In this document: positions 8,968-17,454 of the stretch, in pieces
Layout of the letters: each line of letters starts with the position of its first letter
How positions within the stretch are numbered: the stretch's first letter is position 1
NCBI GenBank assembly: GCA_016867375.1
Contig: VGJQ01000004.1
Coordinates: 1-46,722, forward strand
Direction of reading: 5' to 3'
DNA: 46,722 nucleotides
DNA from: Candidatus Kaiserbacteria bacterium
Lineage (GTDB): Bacteria; Patescibacteriota; Minisyncoccia; Phycocordibacterales; UBA2100
The notes under the pieces: model-generated
Told to the model about the DNA's origin: nothing
Databases searched by the model: none
The model's input: only the letters and a program-made list of their open reading frames with translations
Program-made: the position numbers and the translations under genes

Positions 8968-9657
8968 ATGGCAGACTTGAAATTACCATATGCCGAGGAC
9001 GATGGCGAGGATACACTCCCCCCTTCTCATACACCCCCCAAGAAGCGCTTGAGTGCCAACATCCCGGCCTTGGTCGGCTTCCTCGCCCTTGCGGTGATCG
9101 TCATCTGGGGTCTCTCGCACCTCGCCACACTCTCGCGGCCGTGGTTTGTCTCGCTTCTATACCCCAAGCGAGACACGACACACCGTGCGACGTCGACTCT
9201 TTCACGCCCTTCGCTCGGGACTCCTGTCGTGACGCAAAATCTCCAAAAGAAAAAGCCATCTGCGCCGGTGCGTTCGGCCTCTGCACCTGATCTCACCGTC
9301 TTCATCCTCGCTATCGGCGTTATCGATCCGATGACGGGTGTCTTCGTCAATCGTCCGCCGTCCTCCCCTGCTGATATCGTCGCCGCACAGTTTGACATCG
9401 TCAATAGAGGTGGGTCGTCCACGGGCGCATGGTATTTCAGCGCGCTTCTACCGACTGTGTATGGCGGCTACCCATACCTTTCGCCGGTACAGGAGCCACT
9501 GGGTCCGGGTGATCATGTCGTCAATACGCTGCGCTTCTCGCCGATCATCTCTGGCGGTGGTGTATTCAGCGTCGTCGTCGATTCTGAAGGAATGGTGCGT
9601 GAGTCCAATGAGACCAATAATACCGTCGCGGAATTCATTCCGATGATGATGTACTAG
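8968..9657 (+). CDS. Membrane-anchored CARDB/Ig-like domain protein
   Basis: TM helix, PDLTV...FDIVNRGG...VVVDSEGMVRESNETNN (CARDB pattern). Confidence 0.75.
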   Translation: MADLKLPYAEDDGEDTLPPSHTPPKKRLSANIPALVGFLALAVIVIWGLSHLATLSRPWFVSLLYPKRDTTHRATSTLSRPSLGTPVVTQNLQKKKPSAPVRSASAPDLTVFILAIGVIDPMTGVFVNRPPSSPADIVAAQFDIVNRGGSSTGAWYFSALLPTVYGGYPYLSPVQEPLGPGDHVVNTLRFSPIISGGGVFSVVVDSEGMVRESNETNNTVAEFIPMMMY

Positions 9658-9735
9658 AGTCTGGTACACAGTCAGTGCGACAGCTCTCACTCAATTACCA
9701 CCCCCATATATCTGCTTTGTCTTTTTTATCTTTCC

Positions 9736-10971
9736 TTATTGCCCCAGCTTTGCGTGGGTAGCCGGTGTGTTGAAGGATGATAACGAGTAGCACATCTGCT
9801 GACAGGTGTTTTCTATGATGTGCACCGACATAAAGCTGCCCAAGACGTGTACACGGTCCCATCCGGGTAGTGCGACGAGTGATCCAGATTCTCCACTGGC
9901 GCCGACCTGATCTACCTCACCCTTTTCATTACGATGACGTTCTCTTCCTGCGTGGGGCGGCTTTATCATAAAGAGTGCGTCTTTTTCGTACGGGTATTTC
10001 TCGTCAACATCATCCCCGTAGACGATCTTTCTCGTCACATCTGTCCATGGCATGGCGATCGAATAGTCGATCACGAGGTGGCCCGGGGATCCTTCGGATA
10101 CTTTGGGGTCGAAGCTCAACGAAACGACCGGCTGACCTGCGATGGTCTCCCTCGTAAGATGAGGATTGAGAACTGGCAGATCTTCGACCCGTTCTCTCGT
10201 AAGATTTTTAAACCATGAGTACTTGTCTGGAGTGACGAGCATAGTGGCTGCATCTACATCGGGGCTCGTGGTAAATTGATCTCTCAATGCAGGCGGCGCT
10301 TGGGCCAGGCAGTGCCGGGCTGTGCTGAAGCTTAGTGTGCGCACCGCATCTCGATACATAAAGCCATTGCAGTGTATGAAGCCCGGTACCGAAGATTTTA
10401 TCTTGAATGCGGCATTGCGGAGCGTGCGTAGGGTGGCGGGTGCGCAGAGAGATTCGAATTTGTCGATACTCTCTCCACGGGCGCATGCCCCCCTGATTTC
10501 TGTAGAGACGTGATCTGCGATCCTGATGATGTCCCAAAATCTCTGGGGATTGTAGCGCAGTCGTGGGTCATTGAATGCCTGCATGTAGGGGCCTTCGGAG
10601 GTAAAGGCGCGTTCCAAAAAGAGGATTTTGTCGGTCAGGGGTACGTCTTCGGAGAACATCAGGCGTTCGATATACGCGATCTCCTGATCGCTCAATGTCA
10701 GGGAGTTGATCGTCTCTTTGAACCATCGTGCGTATTCAGGATGAACAGATTTTCTAGGGATGGTCTCCGGTGTGTGCATGTGCGGTGTCTGATTATCGAA
10801 GTAGTACGTGTATGCCTCTTCTGCCGGTGCGGGTGCTGCCTGCAAAGCGCCGGCCATCGCGAGCGCGAGGCGGAGCGACTTTGTCGCATTGTCGCGCTTT
10901 TTGTCGTGCAGACGATCTCGCTGCTCTGTGTCAGGTCTTCTCTTGCGCTTCTCCATGCGGTCCATCGACAT
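9736..10971 (-). CDS. Putative trypsin-like serine protease
   Basis: STARHCL (His), DVDAA (Asp) and GESGSLV (Ser) in catalytic order; TATAAT 6 nt before ATG. Confidence 0.6.
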   Translation of the reverse strand: MSMDRMEKRKRRPDTEQRDRLHDKKRDNATKSLRLALAMAGALQAAPAPAEEAYTYYFDNQTPHMHTPETIPRKSVHPEYARWFKETINSLTLSDQEIAYIERLMFSEDVPLTDKILFLERAFTSEGPYMQAFNDPRLRYNPQRFWDIIRIADHVSTEIRGACARGESIDKFESLCAPATLRTLRNAAFKIKSSVPGFIHCNGFMYRDAVRTLSFSTARHCLAQAPPALRDQFTTSPDVDAATMLVTPDKYSWFKNLTRERVEDLPVLNPHLTRETIAGQPVVSLSFDPKVSEGSPGHLVIDYSIAMPWTDVTRKIVYGDDVDEKYPYEKDALFMIKPPHAGRERHRNEKGEVDQVGASGESGSLVALPGWDRVHVLGSFMSVHIIENTCQQMCYSLSSFNTPATHAKLGQ

Positions 10972-11168
10972 GGGATCATTATACCCTCCAGCACGGGTGT
11001 ATTTACTGGAGTATGTTCAAAACCCAGGCACGAGGCGCACCCTTTCGGAAACCGGATTTTTCTGCTGAAAAATAATATGCTATCTCTACCCTATAGCGTA
11101 GAGATAGCATATGTCGTGTCGCGATAAAAAATAAGCAGTCCTCAGATCAAACCAGCGTAAGGTACGCG

Positions 11169-13295
11169 TTAGATATCCAGTGTCGCTTCTTTGGCGTGCG
11201 AGGTGATGAATGATTTGCGGGCCGGGACGTCGGTACCCATGAGCATATCGAAGATGCGATCGGCATCCTGTGCATCGTCGATCGTGACTTGCTTGAGGAC
11301 GCGGTTGGACGGATTCATCGTGGTCTCGGAGAGTTCTTCGGGGTTCATCTCGCCCAAGCCTTTGTAACGCTGGACGGAGATTTTTGCTTGGCGCACCGGA
11401 GCTTTGGCGGAGGCGGCTTCTTCCTCGGTCTCCATCTCATCCGACTCCGCTAAAGCTTCGTCGGACACAGCGGGCATATCCTCGCCGACGTATTCGATGC
11501 GCTGCTCGTCGGTATATGCGTAGAAGACTTCTTTACCCTTCTTGATCTTGTAGAGTGGCGGCTGTGCGATGTAGACGTACCCGCCGTCGATCACGGGGCG
11601 GAAATGACGATAGAAGAGTGTGAGCAGAAGGGTGCGGATGTGCGCTCCGTCGACATCGGCATCGGTCGCGATGATGATCTTGTGGTAACGGAGCTTGGAG
11701 AGGTCGAAGATGTCGCCGATTGCGGTACCCATCGCGACGACGAGATTCTTGATTTGTTCGGAAGCGAGCATTTTGTCGAGGCGGGCGCGCTCGATGTTGA
11801 GGATCTTGCCGCGCAGCGGGAGGATCGCTTGCGTGCGGCGATCGCGACCCATCTTGGCGCTGCCGCCTGCCGAATCGCCCTCTACGATGAAGAGTTCGGA
11901 TTCTTCGGCCGACTTCGTCTGGCAGTCGGCAAGCTTGCCCGGGAGGGTCATGCCGTCGAGCGCTCCTTTGCGGAGGATCGAATCCTTGGCGGCTTTGGCG
12001 GCTTTGCGGGCCTTCATGGCGAGCGCTGCTTTGCCGATGATCTCACGCGCTTCGTCCGGATGCTCCTCGAGAAATGCGGCGAAAGCTTCGCTAAAGACAG
12101 TCTGTGTCGCGCTCAATGCCTCCACCGAGCCGAGCTTACCCTTGGTCTGTCCTTCAAACTGGATTTCGCGCATCTTGATCGAGACGACTGCCGTGAGGCC
12201 TTCGAGGACGTCGTCGCCGGTGAAATTATCGGAATCCTTTCCTCCGGAGGAGGATCCGCCTTTGGCGGAGCCGCTACCTTTTGCAGCGGTGTTGAGCGTG
12301 CGCGTGAGGGCTGTCTTGAAGCCGGTGATGTGTGTGCCGCCTTCGGGATTGTAAATATTATTTGCAAATGCACTGATGCGTGCGGTGATGTCGTCGACGT
12401 ATTGCAGAGCGATCTCCACCTGTACGCTGTCTTTTTCACTGCCGCCTGTTGGGATGAAGTCTTTTTCGACGTAGAAGATCGTCTTGTGAAGCGGGGTCTG
12501 ATGGCGGTTCTGGAAGCCGACGAGACTGCGCAAGCCACCCTCAAAGTAGAAGGTCATTGACGGTGCGTCGATCCCAAGATCGCGCATCCAGAAGGTGTCC
12601 TTCTCGTCGAGTTTGTCGATGTCGCGGCCTGAGAGATCGCGCATGTCGATGATGGTGATGCGTAGGTCCTTGACCAGATAAGCCTGCTGGCGGAGATGAT
12701 TGATGATGGTCTGGAAATGGTATTCGATGACGGAAAAGATCGACGGATCGGCATCGAAGGTGATGATGGTGCCGGTGCGATCGGAGGGGCCGACTTTCTT
12801 TACCTGCGCGACAGGCTTGCCGCCGTTTTTGTATTCCTGCACGTACTTGCCGCCATCGCGATGGACCTCGGCGCGCATGTAGGTGGAGAGCGCATTTACC
12901 ACTGATGCACCAACGCCATGGAGACCGCCGGAGACTTTGTAGCCCTCGCCGCCGAATTTGCCGCCCGCATGAAGCACGGTGAGGATGGTCTCGAGTGCGG
13001 AGACTTTTGTCTTGGGGTGGATGTCGACCGGGATGCCGCGGCCGTTGTCGGTGACGCGGATACGATTGCCCGGCAAGATCGCGACTTCGATGTCGTCGCA
13101 GAAGCCGCCCATCGCTTCGTCGCGTGAGTTGTCGAAGATTTCCCAGACGAGGTGGTGGAGGCCGTCGATTCCGGTGGTACCGATGTACATGCCCGGGCGG
13201 CGGCGCACTGCCTCGAGCCCCTCCAATACCGTGATGTCGGAAGCATCGTAATGACCCGCTTTTTTGGTCTCCTTTGCTGGTGCTTTCTTGGCCAT
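11169..13295 (-). CDS. gyrB: DNA gyrase subunit B
   Basis: LEGLEAVRRRPGMYIG, HAGGKFG, SGGLHGVG, EGDSAGG, LPLRGKILN, TDADVDG, QRYKGLGEM. Confidence 0.95.
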   Translation of the reverse strand: MAKKAPAKETKKAGHYDASDITVLEGLEAVRRRPGMYIGTTGIDGLHHLVWEIFDNSRDEAMGGFCDDIEVAILPGNRIRVTDNGRGIPVDIHPKTKVSALETILTVLHAGGKFGGEGYKVSGGLHGVGASVVNALSTYMRAEVHRDGGKYVQEYKNGGKPVAQVKKVGPSDRTGTIITFDADPSIFSVIEYHFQTIINHLRQQAYLVKDLRITIIDMRDLSGRDIDKLDEKDTFWMRDLGIDAPSMTFYFEGGLRSLVGFQNRHQTPLHKTIFYVEKDFIPTGGSEKDSVQVEIALQYVDDITARISAFANNIYNPEGGTHITGFKTALTRTLNTAAKGSGSAKGGSSSGGKDSDNFTGDDVLEGLTAVVSIKMREIQFEGQTKGKLGSVEALSATQTVFSEAFAAFLEEHPDEAREIIGKAALAMKARKAAKAAKDSILRKGALDGMTLPGKLADCQTKSAEESELFIVEGDSAGGSAKMGRDRRTQAILPLRGKILNIERARLDKMLASEQIKNLVVAMGTAIGDIFDLSKLRYHKIIIATDADVDGAHIRTLLLTLFYRHFRPVIDGGYVYIAQPPLYKIKKGKEVFYAYTDEQRIEYVGEDMPAVSDEALAESDEMETEEEAASAKAPVRQAKISVQRYKGLGEMNPEELSETTMNPSNRVLKQVTIDDAQDADRIFDMLMGTDVPARKSFITSHAKEATLDI

Positions 13296-13404
13296 AGAGT
13301 GCGGGAATTATAGCAGAAAATCGGACGGAATGGGTCATTGACAAGTGTATGCCAATGATGTATCATATACACTAGAAATGGGCTCACTAAGAAAGGTTGA
13401 TGCT

Positions 13405-13707
13405 ATGCGCTTTGTTCTCACTCTTGTCATGCTGTCCCTTCTTATGGGGACGACGGCGTATGCGGGCTACGTCCCAAATGACGATGATTTCTTTCACCCA
13501 TACTTCTCGCCTGTAGACTATGTGGCGATGGAAGCGGCGGCGAAGTGTCTCGAAAAGCATGATTTGTCACCGCTAGAGGTCGAGGGCGATGACGGCGAGG
13601 TGGTACTCGTCGCACCGGGCATGGCTCGGAAAACGAACGGCACAAAATGGTCGCCTGGTGATCTGGACCGCATGGTCGCGGCCAACGTATGTCTGTGGCC
13701 CCGATGA
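13405..13707 (+). CDS. Hypothetical secreted protein
   Basis: GAAAGG SD, signal peptide MRFVLTLVMLSLLMGTTAYA, downstream terminator. Confidence 0.65.
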   Translation: MRFVLTLVMLSLLMGTTAYAGYVPNDDDFFHPYFSPVDYVAMEAAAKCLEKHDLSPLEVEGDDGEVVLVAPGMARKTNGTKWSPGDLDRMVAANVCLWPR

Positions 13708-13718
13708 CGGTATTGATG

Positions 13719-13755
13719 GCCGCCGGAAGCGATTCCGGCGGCTTTTCTTTTTTTT
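13719..13755 (+). terminator. Intrinsic terminator
   Basis: GCCGCCGGAA/TTCCGGCGGC followed by a T-run. Confidence 0.75.
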
Positions 13756-13827
13756 CGTGCACATGATACTGTTTTGAGAGGATGGTATCGTCTGCAATCG
13801 TGCGGGCGAAAAAAGTGGGAGGAAGTC

Positions 13828-14409
13828 ATGGGTCCTCGCAGTAGCGATTCAAATGTGATGTGGCCGGATTCACGAAGGTCTTATAGGGTCGAAACTCGCA
13901 GGGTGGAGAGTGTGCCTGCGACACCGGCCACCAAAGAGACCCTCTTCGATGTTGTCGAATACGAACACTCGCAACTAAGGTCCGAGCGATGGAAGCGCAT
14001 ACGGGAAGCGTGGAAGATCTATGTGGTCGTCCAGATTTTCTTTTTGATTCTCGGGATCGTGTTTCCCGATGGATTCACCACCGGCGCGGTCTTCTGCTCT
14101 TCGTTTATCACCTGGCTCTGGTTTGGGCTTGATATCAAAAGCGTGATCTGGCGGGAATCCGATCTGCGGATGGAGACGCCGACCATGTGGTATTTTGCCA
14201 ACGGCGAGACACGCTATGTGCCGCCGGAAATCGTTGAGCTTGTCGTGAAAGCGAAAGGGTCGGATCCGGGACTCAAGAACTTCAAAGTTCGTTGGATCGG
14301 CCAGAACGATCCGATTGTCCTGATGTTCCGAACAGGTTCAAAGCCGGAAATCATCGCTGTCTACGACGTGGACGAGGACGGTACGGCGGTTATCAAATAT
14401 TCGCGGTAA
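13828..14409 (+). CDS. Hypothetical two-TM protein with C-terminal DPI motif (paralog 1)
   Basis: GGGAGG SD, two TMs, C-terminus similar to the next gene. Confidence 0.65.
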   Translation: MGPRSSDSNVMWPDSRRSYRVETRRVESVPATPATKETLFDVVEYEHSQLRSERWKRIREAWKIYVVVQIFFLILGIVFPDGFTTGAVFCSSFITWLWFGLDIKSVIWRESDLRMETPTMWYFANGETRYVPPEIVELVVKAKGSDPGLKNFKVRWIGQNDPIVLMFRTGSKPEIIAVYDVDEDGTAVIKYSR

Positions 14410-14422
14410 TGCTTTTGCATTC

Positions 14423-14457
14423 AAGACCGCCAAGCGCAAGCGCTTGGCGGTCTTTTG
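14423..14457 (+). terminator. Intrinsic terminator
   Basis: AAGACCGCCAAGCGC/GCGCTTGGCGGTCTT followed by Ts. Confidence 0.75.
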
Positions 14458-14543
14458 CTTGCAGTACCATGAGATGCGTATTAGAGTATTCATTGGAAAG
14501 ACCGATGTGTTTTCGGTCTCGATATAGAAATGGGAGAAGTAAG

Positions 14544-15125
14544 ATGAGTCAGCATGAATCTGTCGTCCTCGAAGGCAAACTCCTTTCGCCGACTGAGTTT
14601 CTCAAGGCAAACAATATGTATTGGCCTGCGTGGTGGGTGAGCGTGCATAAGTTGTGGGCTCTCGCGCGCTATGGGCTGGTGGATAGTCTCAACGGATTGA
14701 CGCTGATTTCTGCTGTCGGTTCATATATCGTCGCGGGAATGATAGTGTTCTGGGTATCGTTGTTCCAAAGCGTGTTTGTTCCTATCAACGCATGGGCGTT
14801 CTTCGGACAAATCGGACTTATCGGCACTGTCTTTTTTGTCACTTTCGGAATGAAAATGAAGTGCTTTCCCTTCTGGATGAGGACGGAGGTCAAGAAGAAG
14901 AATTGGTTTTCCCAGGGCCATAGAGGTGAAAGAGATCTCCCTTACGAAGCGAAACGTGTGCGCGACCTTATCGGAGCCGCATATCCAGATGCAAAGATCA
15001 CTGTCGAGGCGCTCGGCTATGATCCGATCATGTGGGTGCAAATCCCGGGTACGCGGCGGCGCCATGCGGTCTGCATCTGGGACTACGACAAGGTCGGCAA
15101 TGCGATCATGCTGCATCCTAAGTAA
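14544..15125 (+). CDS. Hypothetical two-TM protein with C-terminal DPI motif (paralog 2)
   Basis: GGGAG SD, two TMs, LGYDPIMWV...CIWDYDKVG. Confidence 0.65.
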   Translation: MSQHESVVLEGKLLSPTEFLKANNMYWPAWWVSVHKLWALARYGLVDSLNGLTLISAVGSYIVAGMIVFWVSLFQSVFVPINAWAFFGQIGLIGTVFFVTFGMKMKCFPFWMRTEVKKKNWFSQGHRGERDLPYEAKRVRDLIGAAYPDAKITVEALGYDPIMWVQIPGTRRRHAVCIWDYDKVGNAIMLHPK

Positions 15126-15166
15126 TCAATCCGCCGCCGAGCTTCGCGCTCGGCGGTCTTCTTTTT

Positions 15167-17044
15167 CTAGCGGATTTCAAAACCCTTTGCAGAGAGCACC
15201 GTTGATACTTTTTGCATGATCAGATTGACCTCTTCGTCGGTGAGGGTCTTTTCAAATGACTGGAAGATCAGTCGGAATGCGAGCGAAGTCTTGTCGGCCT
15301 TGGTGAAGGTGTCGAAGAGCGCAACGCGTTGCAGTAATTCCCCCGATTCTTTTTTGAACACGTCTGAAATGTAGGATCCGACGGATCCTACATTTGCTTC
15401 GTGGTGTAATGTTGACGGAGTCCAGAAGGCGATATCGCGGACGATATAGGGATAACGTGAATACGGTGCATAACGAATCGCGGCTGATGTGGGTAGATTA
15501 ATGTAGGACATCGGATGTCCTACATTTTGCGTGTGCTCGGAGAGAGGTTTTTCGGATGCTTTTCCTTTTTCGGTGATGGTGCCGACCATCTGTATTTCTT
15601 TGGCGTCAGGCCATACGGTCCCTATCTCGAAGAGTTTGATCTCTTTGAGTCCGAGCAAGTCCTTGTTTGGGATATTTTTCTTGAGCGCCTCGGTGAGTCC
15701 GTCGATGAGTGTCGTGCGCAGGTACGGGCGTACGCCGTCTACCTTGTTGGCGACGACGCGTTCGCCCTTTTCCGCAAAGACACTGGTGAAGACCTCGCTG
15801 TAGCCTTGCGCAATCAGGTCCTCGCGGATACGTTCGGCTGCCGCGAAGCTGTGATTGATCTCTGGTAGGGCGGTGCTCGGTGGTAAGGGTGTCGAGGGGA
15901 CTTTGTCGTAGCCTAGGTGGCGGCCAACTTCTTCGATGAGTTCTTCGGGAATCGTGAGATCGAGGCGCTCAAAGGGGGGTGTGACGGTGAAGACGGGAGC
16001 CGGTGATAAGTCTGACTTATCACCATGGTGATAAGTCTGACTTATCACCGGCTCTTGCACGAAAAGTAATCCGAGGCGGGTGAATACGTCGGACACTTCG
16101 TCGGTGGTGATGCTCATGCCAAGGGTTTTGTTGATATGGTCGAGAGTGACAGAGACCGGCTTGATCTCCTGCTTTACGGGATAGGCATCAGTGAAGCCGA
16201 CGATCTCCCCACCAGCGATCTGCTGGATTAGGAGTACCATGTCGCGCATGGCATAGGCTGGCCATTCGGGCGACATCCCCTGCTCGAAGCGTGCCGATGC
16301 ATCAGTGCGGAGCTTCATGTGTTGTGCGGCTTTTCGGACCGCAGCGCCATCGAAGCTCGCGGCTTCGATGATGATGTCTTTGGTGTCTTCGGTGATGGAT
16401 GCAGGCATACCGCCCTTTACTCCCGCGACGCCGATTGCTGTGCTGTCATTGGAGATGACGAGTATCGATGGATTGAGCGTGTATTCTTTCCCGTCGAGTG
16501 CCAGTAATTTTTCCCCTTCTCTTGCAGGGCGGATGTCTATTTGATATTTTTCGTTTTTTGTTTTTAATTTTCCTGCATCAAATGCGTGGAGGGGTGCTCC
16601 GATATTGAACATGACGAAGTTGGTCGCGTCGACGACGTTGTTGATCGACTTCTGTCCCATCTTTTCCAGGTATGAGACGAGCCACTGCGGCGAGGGTGCT
16701 ACCTTGACATCGCGGATGTATCCGGCGATGTAGCGATGGCAGCGCGGGTCGTCGATTGATACCGAGACCGCGTCTGTCTGCGGTGATAAGTTTAACTTAT
16801 CACCGAGTGGGTGATTTTTGAGGGGGATGTTCAAGATCGCCGATATCTCTTTGGCAATGCCACGATATGAGAGGCAATCGTGCCCCCTATTGGCGGTGAC
16901 CTTTACATCGAGGATATGATCATCGCCATGCTGCTCGATCCCGTCGATCTCAAAGACGTGGAAAGTGAGCGCATCGGCGAGGGTGTCCGCATCGGGAAGC
17001 GGAGTATCAAAGAAAGCCTGGAGCCATGCGCGTGAGATTTTCAT
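15167..17044 (-). CDS. pheT: Phenylalanine--tRNA ligase beta subunit (short, no OB/B2 domain)
   Basis: TANRGHDCLSYRGIAKE, INNVVDATN, PLHAFD, LRTDASARFE, RLDLTIPEELIEEVGRHLGY, C-terminal FDX-ACB domain. Confidence 0.95.
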   Translation of the reverse strand: MKISRAWLQAFFDTPLPDADTLADALTFHVFEIDGIEQHGDDHILDVKVTANRGHDCLSYRGIAKEISAILNIPLKNHPLGDKLNLSPQTDAVSVSIDDPRCHRYIAGYIRDVKVAPSPQWLVSYLEKMGQKSINNVVDATNFVMFNIGAPLHAFDAGKLKTKNEKYQIDIRPAREGEKLLALDGKEYTLNPSILVISNDSTAIGVAGVKGGMPASITEDTKDIIIEAASFDGAAVRKAAQHMKLRTDASARFEQGMSPEWPAYAMRDMVLLIQQIAGGEIVGFTDAYPVKQEIKPVSVTLDHINKTLGMSITTDEVSDVFTRLGLLFVQEPVISQTYHHGDKSDLSPAPVFTVTPPFERLDLTIPEELIEEVGRHLGYDKVPSTPLPPSTALPEINHSFAAAERIREDLIAQGYSEVFTSVFAEKGERVVANKVDGVRPYLRTTLIDGLTEALKKNIPNKDLLGLKEIKLFEIGTVWPDAKEIQMVGTITEKGKASEKPLSEHTQNVGHPMSYINLPTSAAIRYAPYSRYPYIVRDIAFWTPSTLHHEANVGSVGSYISDVFKKESGELLQRVALFDTFTKADKTSLAFRLIFQSFEKTLTDEEVNLIMQKVSTVLSAKGFEIR

Positions 17045-17451
17045 AGGAAGAAATTTTTAAATAGGGTGTCTAGATCTTCTACGGTATTGTATTTTTCAAC
17101 ACGGACGTTGCGGTTACCTGAAAGCATGGCCGAAAGCCTTCTCCCCTCCTGCTCGCGATATAAACAGATTATTTTTTTTCCATGGCTTTCAGCATGCCCG
17201 ATTTCGTAACCTACTCCGAGGCTAGGAATGGAAACTTCCGCGACAACTACGTCGCATTCTTGAATCCACGCCACATCGCGTGTATAAATGTCCTCGTTTG
17301 TTCGCTGTGTTTCTCCAAGATGACTTAAGTTCGTATCCCCAATATGTTCTGTGAGGACAGTACCATGCTTCCCCAAAAGCCTGATAGCGGTTAAATACAG
17401 ATCTTGATCGTCTCTACCTCCCCTAATTGCTCCCGCGAAGTAAATTTTCAT
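17041..17451 (-). CDS. Nucleoside 2-deoxyribosyltransferase / DNPH1 (Rcl)-like N-glycosidase
   Basis: KIYFAGAIRGGR, LTEH, IYTRD, AEVSIPSLGVGYEIG, LSAMLSGN. Confidence 0.9.
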   Translation of the reverse strand: MKIYFAGAIRGGRDDQDLYLTAIRLLGKHGTVLTEHIGDTNLSHLGETQRTNEDIYTRDVAWIQECDVVVAEVSIPSLGVGYEIGHAESHGKKIICLYREQEGRRLSAMLSGNRNVRVEKYNTVEDLDTLFKNFFL

Positions 17452-17454
17452 AAA

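Noticed and set aside
11169-13295. Intein or intron explanation for extra segments in GyrB, AtpD and PheT
   Set aside because: Inserts are only 9-20 aa, lack intein terminal residues and intron cores, and are explained by DNA palindromes.
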